64,000 nt of DNA from a virus (taxonomy: Duplodnaviria > Heunggongvirae > Uroviricota > Caudoviricetes), in IMG/VR virus record IMGVR_UViG_3300046507_000426. One strand, 5' to 3'. Numbering within the stretch: position 1 is the first letter of the stretch; each line of letters starts with the position of its first letter. Shown here piece by piece: positions 29,360 to 38,182 of this stretch. Both the position numbers and the translations under genes were made by a program. The notes beneath the pieces are model-generated. The model was given only the letters and a program-made list of their open reading frames with translations. It was not told where the DNA came from and searched no databases.

Positions 29360-29728
29360 TTACAAACAGCGGTCAATGACTCGGGCGATCTTCTTGAAGC
29401 TGAGTTGGTCAGTGTCGTTCAACGTAGAAAGCTTAGTTTCTTTCCCACGATACGTGACTTTGACATCGGTCGGTACATCAGCCGAGTCCAAAACAGAAGG
29501 ATTGAGTCCAGCCCATTCAGCTACCGCCAGGGGAAGCAAGCCACTAGCGCCCATATATTCGTCTGGCCAGGGTTCTTTCGCCGCAACTTCAGGATGTTCC
29601 TGAGCATGGATGTTGCATAGAACGCCGAGGCAACAGAAACCTTCGTCGTCACGCAACGCACCCGTAGTCTGTTTGTAATCACCGCCGCGCAGTGCCTTGA
29701 TCCATTTGTTCTTGATACGCTTTTTCAT
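29360..29728 (-). CDS. Paralogue 6 of tandem six-gene family (conserved termini, variable core)
   Basis: MKKRIKNKWIKALRSGDYKQ...FCCLGVLCNIH...LSFKKIARVIDRCL. Confidence 0.55.
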   Translation of the reverse strand: MKKRIKNKWIKALRGGDYKQTTGALRDDEGFCCLGVLCNIHAQEHPEVAAKEPWPDEYMGASGLLPLAVAEWAGLNPSVLDSADVPTDVKVTYRGKETKLSTLNDTDQLSFKKIARVIDRCL

Positions 29729-30081
29729 AGTTGTGCTTCGATGAGATCAGCTAGTTGGTTGAAAGAAAATTGCTTGATGTCGTTAAGAACAGAAATATGA
29801 GTTCTCCATTCTTTTGGATAAGCCAGCGAAGCTGGTTGACGCATGTACGGGTTGTTTTCTTCCAAACCCGCCCACTCTTTTACATGATCAGGTAATTCTC
29901 CCGCGATGCTTTCAAACGATTGCTCGCAGTTTAGTTCCTTGTCATGCAAATCACAGAGAACACCAAGACAGCAAAACTTGGGATCTATACCTTCATAAAC
30001 AGTTTTGAGTCTGGTTAAACCCTGTTTGTATTCACCGCTCCGAAGAGCGGCTACCCATTTGGCTTTGACTTCGTTGTTCAC
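29725..30081 (-). CDS. Paralogue 5 of tandem family
   Basis: MNNEVKAKWVAALRSGEYKQ...FCCLGVLCDLH...FSFNQLADLIEAQL. Confidence 0.55.
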   Translation of the reverse strand: MNNEVKAKWVAALRSGEYKQGLTRLKTVYEGIDPKFCCLGVLCDLHDKELNCEQSFESIAGELPDHVKEWAGLEENNPYMRQPASLAYPKEWRTHISVLNDIKQFSFNQLADLIEAQL

Positions 30082-30434
30082 AGTGCGTATTGAATGATGT
30101 CAGCGATTTGAGAAAATGGCAGACCCGAGTCGTTTAGATCTACAAGCGAAACAGAGTCAGTAGTCGGAGTCTCTACGCCAGTGTATCCGAGGTCACTTCC
30201 AAGCTCAGACCATTCTCTAACTTCAATAGGAGGAACGGAATAACCATTGAGCATATGCTTTTCCGGACCTCTTTCTTCTCTGTCAACCCATTCAACTCCG
30301 GTTTCTTTGCCATACAGGTCACAAAGAACGCCTAGGCAACAGAACCCACTAGGACCATTCAGAAATGCATGGCCTTGTTTATACTCTCCGCTGCGAAGCG
30401 CAGCTACCCACTTGGCTTTGATTTCTTGGTTCAT
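30078..30434 (-). CDS. Paralogue 4 of tandem family
   Basis: MNQEIKAKWVAALRSGEYKQ...FCCLGVLCDLY...LPFSQIADIIQYAL. Confidence 0.55.
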   Translation of the reverse strand: MNQEIKAKWVAALRSGEYKQGHAFLNGPSGFCCLGVLCDLYGKETGVEWVDREERGPEKHMLNGYSVPPIEVREWSELGSDLGYTGVETPTTDSVSLVDLNDSGLPFSQIADIIQYAL

Positions 30435-30790
30435 AGTGCGAATTGAATCACGTCAGCGATTTGGTTAAAAGTGAATCCGGAATCGTTAAGAACTGTGAGT
30501 TCCTCAGTTATTCCATCGCGGTTTTTAATATCATTGAGGTATCCGGTTCTGGAGGGAAAACCGGACCAGTCCTGGACTTGGGTAGGAGGAGTACCGATTC
30601 TGTCCAGAAAGATAAACTCTGGCTTGTTATCCTTTTCAGGAACCCATTCAGTTTCAGTATCCTTGGCGTAAATATCGCAGAGGACTCCGAGACAGCAGAA
30701 TCCCTCGTCATTACGCAAGCAATTTTTGGTTTGAGCATACTCACCGCTGCGAAGCGCAGCTACCCACTTGGCTTTGATTTCTTGGTTCAT
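30431..30790 (-). CDS. Paralogue 3 of tandem family
   Basis: MNQEIKAKWVAALRSGEYAQ...FCCLGVLCDIY...FTFNQIADVIQFAL. Confidence 0.55.
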   Translation of the reverse strand: MNQEIKAKWVAALRSGEYAQTKNCLRNDEGFCCLGVLCDIYAKDTETEWVPEKDNKPEFIFLDRIGTPPTQVQDWSGFPSRTGYLNDIKNRDGITEELTVLNDSGFTFNQIADVIQFAL

Positions 30791-31143
30791 TAGAAGAAGT
30801 ACTCGATAACGTCAGCGATTTGAGAAAAGGTGAATTCACCGGAGTCGTTCAGGCTTACCAAGCCTTCCCCATCCCCTTCTCTGGTAAGCAAACCAGGAAC
30901 GAGAGAAGTTTCTGCGAATTCAGCCCAATTAAGAGTTACTTGAGGGGGATACCCCCCACAGCGTTCAACCTCTTGAATCCCAGAGCCAGCATGTTCCCAT
31001 TGCGGACCTCCTTCCTTTGCGTGAACATCGGAAAGGACTCCGAGGCAACAGAACCCATCGTCTCTTTTCAAGTAGCCGACGCTCTGTTTGTACTCACCGC
31101 TGCGAAGCGCAGCTACCCACTTTGCTTTGATTTCTTGGTTCAT
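30790..31143 (-). CDS. Paralogue 2 of tandem family
   Basis: MNQEIKAKWVAALRSGEYKQ...FCCLGVLSDVH...FTFSQIADVIEYFF. Confidence 0.55.
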   Translation of the reverse strand: MNQEIKAKWVAALRSGEYKQSVGYLKRDDGFCCLGVLSDVHAKEGGPQWEHAGSGIQEVERCGGYPPQVTLNWAEFAETSLVPGLLTREGDGEGLVSLNDSGEFTFSQIADVIEYFF

Positions 31144-31556
31144 AGCGTGAATTGAATAACGTCAGCAATCTGGTTGAAGGTAAGCCCACCGTCGTTGAGT
31201 TCGGCCAAAGAATACCCCAAGTAGCCAGGGGTATCTTCAAAGGACTTTGTAAATCCCTGGTAAATTCCAGTATTGGGATTTTCCTTGTCGAGATCGGCCC
31301 ATTTCATAACACTAGCAGGAGGTACAACTTCTGACCCTTCAAATGTACCAATGGAAGTATACTTTTGCAAAACCCTGCTATCTTCCTCCTTAGCGGTTCT
31401 CGGCACCCATTCACCTTCTCCAGTTTTCTTCATGTAAAGATCACAGAGAACGCCAAGACAACACATGCCGCCGTCACCGTTCAAGACATGTTTGGCTTGT
31501 TTGTATTCGCCGCTACGCAGAGCAGAGATCCATTCCTGTTTGATTTCGTTGTTCAT
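31140..31556 (-). CDS. Paralogue 1 of tandem family (start at internal ATG MNNEIKQEW)
   Basis: MNNEIKQEWISALRSGEYKQ...MCCLGVLCDLY...LTFNQIADVIQFTL; longer variable core. Confidence 0.5.
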   Translation of the reverse strand: MNNEIKQEWISALRSGEYKQAKHVLNGDGGMCCLGVLCDLYMKKTGEGEWVPRTAKEEDSRVLQKYTSIGTFEGSEVVPPASVMKWADLDKENPNTGIYQGFTKSFEDTPGYLGYSLAELNDGGLTFNQIADVIQFTL

Positions 31557-31720
31557 TTCGTTACTCCGAGTTTTGCTGTTAGTAGAACGCAGGTGAATCC
31601 AACTACGACACACATGACGTAGCCTGCGAATTTAAGGGTATTACGGCGACGCATTTTGACCAACCAAAAAAGAGAGATGCAGAATTAAAGGCTACTTCTT
31701 ATACAACTCTCTTATACCAA

Positions 31721-31729
31721 AAATGAAGG
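31721..31729 (-). promoter_or_regulatory. TTGGTATAAG promoter
   Basis: Plus cttataccaa upstream of the paralogue array. Confidence 0.45.
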
Positions 31730-31735
31730 TTTAAA

Positions 31736-32266
31736 TTAGCCTCCAGAAGACCAGCCTTCCCGTTCCATCATGGCCATAGCTTCGCCTTCAAAGGCGTCTT
31801 TTAGCAATGCCGGGTCGGCTTCTCTTAGCGCCAGCATCATTGCCAGATTTGCAATGTCTACGGGATCCCCTTTGGGGACATGGCTGACAAGAAGATTCGC
31901 TAATCGTTTTGTACTGCATTGTTCTGGATCATCCCAACCGCTTCTACCCTTCTCACGAGACTTTGCAAGCTTCGCTTTCATCATGGCTGCGAACTTGTCT
32001 ACTGCGAAATCGTCAGGATGAGGCTCCGATACTTTGGAACCTTCCCACACATAGACTAGCTCTTCGAGTTCTTTCAAGGCCGCGTTTCTGTTCTTGTGTT
32101 GACTGCGTTCTGTAATGCATTCGGTCACAATACCGCTAGGGATGTGCGTGATTCTCACACCATTAGCCATTCCTACTCTTTGACCACCTACGGCACCGCC
32201 ATAACAGTCGATGCGTAGGTCTTTAGGGTTAATCGAAACCAAAGGTGTCTGACGCTCTTCTTTCAT
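31736..32266 (-). CDS. Peptide-chain-release-factor GGQ-domain protein (ArfB/PrfH-like peptidyl-tRNA hydrolase domain) with novel acidic C-terminus
   Basis: 176 aa; [46 protein letters not shown] closely resembles RF1/RF2 domain 3 (SGAGGQHVN..VRITHIPTGIVVQCQ.ERSQHKN); lacks codon-recognition domains. Confidence 0.7.
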   Translation of the reverse strand: MKEERQTPLVSINPKDLRIDCYGGAVGGQRVGMANGVRITHIPSGIVTECITERSQHKNRNAALKELEELVYVWEGSKVSEPHPDDFAVDKFAAMMKAKLAKSREKGRSGWDDPEQCSTKRLANLLVSHVPKGDPVDIANLAMMLALREADPALLKDAFEGEAMAMMEREGWSSGG

Positions 32267-32334
32267 TCTCTTCTTCTCTTAGCCGTTTAACTTCATCAGC
32301 CAAAGCAATGGCTGCCTTAGCTGACGTGCTGATG

Positions 32335-32538
32335 TTACCGTTCTTCTTGCATTCTTCTGCAAATTTCAAGGCTTCGCTCAAATCCATTTTGAAACTCCTC
32401 GTTAAAAGCTTCTGTATAACGATACGCATCGCAACCGAATGTGCTGTTGTAGTCGTCACCTTTGTGAAGTTCTCCTCCTAAGGCTGTTTTCTTAAGGGGG
32501 ATCTTTGCCCTGCAACCATCACATTGATTCATGCTCAT
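32335..32538 (-). CDS. Small Cys-containing protein (67 aa)
   Basis: CDGC...C motifs; overlaps alternative ORF 32229..32459. Confidence 0.3.
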   Translation of the reverse strand: MSMNQCDGCRAKIPLKKTALGGELHKGDDYNSTFGCDAYRYTEAFNEEFQNGFERSLEICRRMQEER

Positions 32539-32609
32539 ACAAAAAGAAAGGTTTAGAGTTAAGGAACTGGAACCAGCCTAAGCCAGTTCCAGTACGTTTA
32601 CTTCAGTTG

Positions 32610-32816
32610 TTACAGACGGGGATGATCCGGACCCTTCCTGATCTTGAAGGGCATCAGTGCCGTTGCTTTGCCGATGTTTCCATCGTTATCGGCGATTGCC
32701 TTGTTCAGATCGAAGCCTGCTTCCTTGTTCAACTGATCACGAACCTTCTTCAGTTCTTCTTTGACTTCATGCGAGTGTTCGCCGTTCGTGCCACGGATGA
32801 TCCAAACTTTCTTCAT
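32610..32816 (-). CDS. Hypothetical protein (68 aa)
   Basis: ORF. Confidence 0.35.
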   Translation of the reverse strand: MKKVWIIRGTNGEHSHEVKEELKKVRDQLNKEAGFDLNKAIADNDGNIGKATALMPFKIRKGPDHPRL

Positions 32817-32942
32817 TTACAACTCCGGTTTGATATTTGTTTAACGATGAGCCACGAAGCGCCTTCGCCCAGACTCCATCCAAGCACGGTACCGCCGATG
32901 GCGAATGCCAGGATTAGAGCAATACCGTGCATGGGTTTCATG

Positions 32943-33365
32943 TTACTTACCCCGACCGCCAGCCATCTTGTACGTCAGGGTAATACGTTCGTTGCCCTTG
33001 CCGGTGACGACAGTGCGGTTACGCTTGCCGTTGCACGAATTGTACGGGAAGTTTGCCGCCGTACGCTTGCTGTCGTTCATCCAGCTTGCACGGCTTTGCT
33101 TGTTCTCGTAGTTACGGCGAGCCGCGCCGTTAGCTGCGTCACGAGCAGTCTTGCCGACACGGGGACGGCTGTGCGTTTCCGGAGTGACGAGCATTTCCTT
33201 CCAGAAAATCTTCGTTTCGCCGGTCTTCGGGTTAACTTCGGTGCGCTTGTGACCATCGATGAACGTCTGGATCTCAGCTTTGTTCGCACCGGCCTTGTTG
33301 AAAGGCTTCTTGCCTTGGGTGTTGGTCTTGGTTTGGCGATTGTCTGCCATTTGAATACTCTCCAT
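32943..33365 (-). CDS. Basic Lys/Arg-rich protein (possible nucleic-acid binding)
   Basis: 140 aa, highly basic. Confidence 0.4.
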   Translation of the reverse strand: MESIQMADNRQTKTNTQGKKPFNKAGANKAEIQTFIDGHKRTEVNPKTGETKIFWKEMLVTPETHSRPRVGKTARDAANGAARRNYENKQSRASWMNDSKRTAANFPYNSCNGKRNRTVVTGKGNERITLTYKMAGGRGK

Positions 33366-33653
33366 TTATATGCGAAAACTTCAGCGAGTTTGGGAAGGGA
33401 AAAACAAAGTACTACAATTGCTGCGACACTACTCGACGTTGCTTTCGGTAGTGTACCAGTACTGGTGCTGCTGACTGATTGTCCAGAATCACTCTGCTGC
33501 GATGTTCTGCACAGGTTTTCGGAATTTGTTCCTCATCGATCGAAACGACTGGATTCGTATCAATGCGGAAAAGGTCACGGATGACTTTAGGAAGAAACAC
33601 GGTTTCACCTGAAGAAGAACGGAACAACTAAATTATAGGTGTTCCGTAATGTA

Positions 33654-33662
33654 CTTATACCA
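33654..33662 (-). promoter_or_regulatory. TTGGTATAAG promoter
   Basis: Plus cttatacca. Confidence 0.45.
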
Positions 33663-33863
33663 AGTCGTTAAGAGAAACTTGAAACTACTTACTGCGAGGA
33701 AACGGCCACGGTTCAGGATCAGGCTTCTTACTTTCGTCAGAACCCACGACCATATCCTTGAGTTCCTTAAGACCTTCATTTACGTCTTCTCTGCCCGCAT
33801 CATCGAGACCAATGTATCGTTCAACACATTTTGCAGCTACGAAAGCAAGTAAGCCTAACATGA

Positions 33864-34709
33864 TCAGTTACCCATTTTCGGAAGCTGGATAAGAGCCGAA
33901 CTGCCACTGCCGAGTTGATACGTCGGAAGTTGACCGTTCCACTTTTCGATCCACATTTGTTGCAGAATCTCCGGGTTCTTGGCCAGTGCCTGACCACGAA
34001 TAGCCGTAGCTTGTGCTTCGTTTGCAGCGATCTTCAGGTCGGCATCCGAATTGGCAATACGCTTTGCAGCATCTGCCTGGGTTTTCTGCAGCTGGTTCTG
34101 CGACGTGATAGCGTCCATCTTTGCCTGTTGCTGAGCATTGATGGAATCCTGAATCGCAGGAGGCCAACGGAATGCGCCTACGTTCGAGAGCAGTTCAACC
34201 GACAACCCGCTAGGTGCTGCACGCTTGGCGAGTTCAGCGTTAACAGCAACCATGAAGGCCGGAATGTCATTGCTGATCTGCTCGAAGGTAAGCTTACCCG
34301 CGATTTCGTTAAGACTGTCACGGATAAGGTTACGCAAAGGACCGTCGGTAATACCGTTCAGATCCTTGTGGTACTTCTGGAACACAAGCGGAGCACTGTC
34401 TGCAGCGATGTGATACGCAACACCGAAGTCAGCATTGATGGCAACGCCACCCTTTGCCTGGAACGTGATCGACTCGTCGGCCGGATGACCTTCTTCCGGA
34501 GCCTTGCTGTACACGTAGTTTTCCGTGAACGTCGGATACTCGTACACAGTCGTGTTCCAGCCGGTGAAGTACGAACCCGGGCCGAGAACCTTGTTCTGGA
34601 CGCCACGGTCACTGCCGTAGTTATCCACCTGAACACCGACGAAGCCTGCGCCAACCTTGGTACAGGCACCGAGCATGAATACAACGACGATAAGAAGAAG
34701 TTTCTTCAT
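33864..34709 (-). CDS. SPFH/band-7 (prohibitin/HflKC-like) lipoprotein
   Basis: Start at internal ATG gives MKKLLLIVVVFMLGAC lipobox; the body (about 280 aa, Gln/Ala-rich helical C-terminal region) resembles band-7/SPFH proteins. Confidence 0.6.
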   Translation of the reverse strand: MKKLLLIVVVFMLGACTKVGAGFVGVQVDNYGSDRGVQNKVLGPGSYFTGWNTTVYEYPTFTENYVYSKAPEEGHPADESITFQAKGGVAINADFGVAYHIAADSAPLVFQKYHKDLNGITDGPLRNLIRDSLNEIAGKLTFEQISNDIPAFMVAVNAELAKRAAPSGLSVELLSNVGAFRWPPAIQDSINAQQQAKMDAITSQNQLQKTQADAAKRIANSDADLKIAANEAQATAIRGQALAKNPEILQQMWIEKWNGQLPTYQLGSGSSALIQLPKMGN

Positions 34710-34906
34710 TGTGTTTTTTGTTTCTTTGGTTTGAGGAAGAAATACCAACCGCCAAAGGCGATTAGCGGGATGGTCAACCACAGCAGCGGCACGAAGTAAA
34801 TCAGGTCGCCTCCATTATTAACCAACTGCTGTGTTACGGGCAACAGCAGGAACAACAGATAGAGCGTTGCCAAAATCCCGTAGGCAACTGCTGCGATTTT
34901 CTTCAT
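34706..34906 (-). CDS. Small 2-TM membrane protein (possible NfeD-like partner of SPFH protein)
   Basis: 66 aa; two hydrophobic helices; 4-nt overlap with SPFH gene. Confidence 0.4.
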   Translation of the reverse strand: MKKIAAVAYGILATLYLLFLLLPVTQQLVNNGGDLIYFVPLLWLTIPLIAFGGWYFFLKPKKQKTQ

Positions 34907-34912
34907 GGTTTG

Positions 34913-35395
34913 TTATTTGAAAAATGCCAGCGTCTTTGCTGCTGCAATGACACGCGTTTCGCCAACTGCAGCGACTGCTGCCTTTGCAGCTTCGACTGTC
35001 TTGAAACGAGCGTAGATAGTCGACGGAATTGCGTCCGTACATTTGCTGGACTGGTACTTGATTGTACCATTGCGCTGCGGAATTACAACCACCGAAGTTT
35101 CATGAGGTTCCGGAACCATCATGCCAGGCTGTATACGCATTTCCAGAATGGTCTGGATTGCATTCGCAAAGTCCATTGCCTGGGTTTTGTTACCAAACAG
35201 AGGACGACGCGAAAACGCAGGAGCGCCAGTGTTTGCGGAGGTTTTGAACGAACCGTCGAAGTCTTGATAGATCCGATGATACGTATCCCCCGCCGCTGCC
35301 TTCTTAAAGCCAGGAGCCCGAGCTTCAGCGGCGATCTGCAGTTTCACAGCAGCGAGTTCAGCTTCCAGTTGCTTTAGTCTTTCAATCGGATCCAT
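34913..35395 (-). CDS. Hypothetical protein (160 aa)
   Basis: ORF. Confidence 0.4.
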   Translation of the reverse strand: MDPIERLKQLEAELAAVKLQIAAEARAPGFKKAAAGDTYHRIYQDFDGSFKTSANTGAPAFSRRPLFGNKTQAMDFANAIQTILEMRIQPGMMVPEPHETSVVVIPQRNGTIKYQSSKCTDAIPSTIYARFKTVEAAKAAVAAVGETRVIAAAKTLAFFK

Positions 35396-35775
35396 TATTT
35401 GTACGCCTCGATCAGGTTATCGATACGTTGAAGGAAGAGCTTTTTGTGAGAGAGATACCCTCCCCACGCTTCATTGTGGAAAACCGGGCCGAACAGATCA
35501 CCAGCTTCGTTTTCTGAAACACCCAGAAATTCAGCCAGGGCTTCGAAGTTGTCTTTGGACCTATAGGTAATTTTCCACAGTCCGTGCTCGTCTTCGACGA
35601 GATACAGGCCTTTACCAACGAACACGTCGGTTGTGATCCAGGCCGCAGGGCACATCACAGAGTCTGTGTATGTAGCCCCATTCGTCGTAACAAACTTGTC
35701 CAAGTCGATGTTCTTGCCCGGAATGTTCTTGACCAGACGGCGAATAGCCTTCAACTTTTTCAGTACTTTACTCAT
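35395..35775 (-). CDS. Hypothetical protein (126 aa)
   Basis: ORF. Confidence 0.4.
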   Translation of the reverse strand: MSKVLKKLKAIRRLVKNIPGKNIDLDKFVTTNGATYTDSVMCPAAWITTDVFVGKGLYLVEDEHGLWKITYRSKDNFEALAEFLGVSENEAGDLFGPVFHNEAWGGYLSHKKLFLQRIDNLIEAYK

Positions 35776-35824
35776 TGTATTCTCCCGAGAGAAAGCCGGG
35801 ACTAAGCCCGGCCTTCGTTACAGA

Positions 35825-37888
35825 TTACTTAACGTCTTTGAACTCGACGTCAGCAACGACGTGAGCATCCTTGTGCATGCCCAGCAACGTCATGTCGTTT
35901 TTGCCACCACGTTCGAACACCGCCTTCTGGAATTCCAGACCCTTGTTGAGGATCAGTTGGAAGTCCTTGATGTCCGTCGGACGCTTGCCTTTCAGTGCCA
36001 GAGCCGAAGCGTTGCGAGTAGCCGTCTTGATCTGACGACCATTGATCTCGTAGGTTTCGGCAAGGTAAAGAATTTCCGTCGCGGTGAGTTGCACCGAATT
36101 CATATTGAGGTTGTTCTCCCAAATTTGAACACGGTCACCAGTAGTCAGCGCAGGGAAGTTAATCGCCATGCTGATACGGGAGTAGAACGCCTTGTCGATG
36201 TTGCTTGCACGGTTCGACGTCAGGAACAGAACGCCTTGATAGTATTCCAGCAGACGCAGGAAAACACCGACCATAGCATTCCGTTGGATATTGCTATCCG
36301 TACGGGCTTCCATGAAGATGTCGCATTCGTCAAGCAGGAGCACTGCATTCCACGTCGCGGCGATATCCAGAACCTGACGCAGATTGTCTTCCAGCTCGCT
36401 GGCACTCGTCCCGAGTTCGCCAACGCCAACCATGTACAGCGGACGCTTCAGATGCTCTGCCGTAACTTCAGCAGTAAGCGTCTTGCCAGTACCCGGTTCA
36501 CCGGCCAGCAGGAAAATCGTGCCACCACCCTTGCCATCGATGATGTCGACCTTCTTGCCTTCCAGCTGGGTTTCCACCAGCGACACGATCATTTCCTTCT
36601 GATCTTCGTCCATCACCAGCTTGCCGTAAGCATCCGTACGGAACTGAATCGGAGTGATGTTGTCGACCAGCATTTCACCCCAGACCTTCGACAGGAACGA
36701 GAAGCCATAAACATACGGCGAGAACGTCAGATACACGTCATCGCTCAGCTTCACCGTTTCAGCCTTGGCCGTGTAGCCGTACGAGTCACGATCCTGAGTT
36801 CCGCCAAAGAACTTGCGGTAGTTCGGATCCATGATACGCATTGCCTGGAAGTCGATCATGACACGACCCGTCGAACGGAAAGCCGTGTTGCTCCAGTAGC
36901 CGCGACGAACCAGATCGCCCTTGTACTGCATGTACGACGACGAAGCCGTAACTTCGACACCGCGCTTGCCACGAGCGAGGAGACGGGCTTTGAGTTCAGC
37001 ATCCGATTCCAACGGCGTGATGCCCAGTTCCTTCAGGCTCTTCTTGCCGTCGTAACCACCGAAGTAGTACTGATGCGTGAATTGCTGAATTTCCTGACCG
37101 TTACGTGCGTACATATGCCCAGCTGCAGCGATGTACGGGCCGCTCATGCTCATCTGCTGACTTGCAGCGTGAGTCGTAACACAAACCAGGGCGAAGTCGT
37201 CTTCGACAACCAGCTTGATGCCAGGCTGAGCCAGGAGAACGGCGAGTTCGTCATACGTGAACTCGTTGTTGACCGACAGATTGCTGATATTGCCGAGAGT
37301 GTTTGCGTAGAACGCATTCACTTCTTCGAGGATACGGGTCATCTGCGAACGAACACGTTCGATGAAGTCCTGATCGTCGTTGTAGTCGTCCAGGTTGTTC
37401 AGGTACGATTCGATGTTCGAACGGTTCTTGAAGATTTCCAGACCGCCAACCATACCCGCGCCACGAGCAACGTTGAACTGTGCCGGGTTGTTGATGTAGT
37501 TGAACTCGTTCGTGGACGTGTTCATACGGCTGCCGATGACACGACCATAGTTGTTCATGTCCGCACGAATGTCATACGGAACATAAACCTTGATCTGTCC
37601 AGTACGGCCCGGAATCACTTCTGCAATCGGACGGGAAGCGACAGGCATTTCGTCGCTGCTGATCGAGATCGCCGCGATTTCTGCGATCGGATCCGTCTTG
37701 CCAAGACCGGCGTTTTCGAGAGCAGCCTTGACCACTTCTGCGATCATTGCAGCTTGTGCAGCCGCCGCAGCGACTTCCGGAGCGACAGCGGGTACATCAG
37801 CCTTGGCAACTTCGCCAATAGCAGCGCCTGCATTCGATTCCGCGATTTGTTCTTGAATGTCACTCACGTTGATTTCCTTCGTTTCCAT
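35825..37888 (-). CDS. AAA+ ATPase (start at internal ATG METKEIN)
   Basis: Walker A GEPGTGKT, Walker B LLLDECD, sensor region; about 687 aa with long N-terminal domain. Confidence 0.65.
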   Translation of the reverse strand: METKEINVSDIQEQIAESNAGAAIGEVAKADVPAVAPEVAAAAAQAAMIAEVVKAALENAGLGKTDPIAEIAAISISSDEMPVASRPIAEVIPGRTGQIKVYVPYDIRADMNNYGRVIGSRMNTSTNEFNYINNPAQFNVARGAGMVGGLEIFKNRSNIESYLNNLDDYNDDQDFIERVRSQMTRILEEVNAFYANTLGNISNLSVNNEFTYDELAVLLAQPGIKLVVEDDFALVCVTTHAASQQMSMSGPYIAAAGHMYARNGQEIQQFTHQYYFGGYDGKKSLKELGITPLESDAELKARLLARGKRGVEVTASSSYMQYKGDLVRRGYWSNTAFRSTGRVMIDFQAMRIMDPNYRKFFGGTQDRDSYGYTAKAETVKLSDDVYLTFSPYVYGFSFLSKVWGEMLVDNITPIQFRTDAYGKLVMDEDQKEMIVSLVETQLEGKKVDIIDGKGGGTIFLLAGEPGTGKTLTAEVTAEHLKRPLYMVGVGELGTSASELEDNLRQVLDIAATWNAVLLLDECDIFMEARTDSNIQRNAMVGVFLRLLEYYQGVLFLTSNRASNIDKAFYSRISMAINFPALTTGDRVQIWENNLNMNSVQLTATEILYLAETYEINGRQIKTATRNASALALKGKRPTDIKDFQLILNKGLEFQKAVFERGGKNDMTLLGMHKDAHVVADVEFKDVK

Positions 37889-37920
37889 ATCGATTAGGCT
37901 ACAAAAAGTGCTGCAAAGAA

Positions 37921-37946
37921 AAACCCCTCTAGACTTCAGAGGGGTG
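37921..37946 (-). terminator. Rho-independent terminator after tRNA pair
   Basis: Minus strand CCACCCCTCtgaagtctaGAGGGGttt. Confidence 0.5.
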
Positions 37947-37972
37947 GTTATAAAGCTTCTCAATAAACTTCT

Positions 37973-38056
37973 TGGGCGCGGTGGGATTCCAACCCACGAT
38001 GGGATTTCTCCGACGGCTTATGAGGCCGTTACCTGCCAGCGCACGGTGTCACGCCC
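37973..38056 (-). tRNA. tRNA with anticodon CAT and extended variable region (Met/Ile2-type anticodon, atypical structure)
   Basis: Acceptor GGGCGTG/CGCGCCC, anticodon arm ACGGC-CTCATAA-GCCGT, T-arm GTGGG-TTGGAAT-CCCAC (non-canonical T-loop), 15-nt variable region. Confidence 0.45.
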
Positions 38057-38072
38057 AAGAAGTTTACTAAGC

Positions 38073-38142
38073 TAACAAAAGGGGGATACGAGCCCCCAGC
38101 CTCACAAGAGTATGTGCGCTCTACCAATTGAGCTATTTTGTT
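38073..38142 (-). ncRNA. tRNA-like RNA with canonical acceptor, D- and T-arms but a 6-nt anticodon loop
   Basis: Acceptor AACAAAA/TTTTGTT, D-arm GCTC-AATTGGTA-GAGC, T-arm GGGGG-CTCGTAT-CCCCC, anticodon region CACA-TACTCT-TGTG. Confidence 0.35.
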
Positions 38143-38170
38143 TATAAAAGAAATGTTCTTTCACAATTCT

Positions 38171-38179
38171 CTTATACCA
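38171..38179 (-). promoter_or_regulatory. TTGGTATAAG promoter upstream of tRNA pair
   Basis: Plus cttataccaa. Confidence 0.45.
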
Positions 38180-38182
38180 AAC

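Noticed and set aside
29360-31613. Possible CRISPR-like array (tandem about 355-bp repeats)
   Set aside because: Repeat units are full protein-coding paralogues with conserved N- and C-termini, not short repeat-spacer units; no cas genes
32229-32459. 76-aa ORF overlapping 32335..32538
   Set aside because: Mutually overlapping in different frames; only one is likely real and neither has decisive features; the Cys-rich one is listed at low confidence
35633-37897. 754-aa plus-strand ORF
   Set aside because: Exactly antisense to the AAA+ ATPase gene, with Arg/Val/His-rich composition and no motifs; a shadow ORF of a GC-rich codon-biased gene
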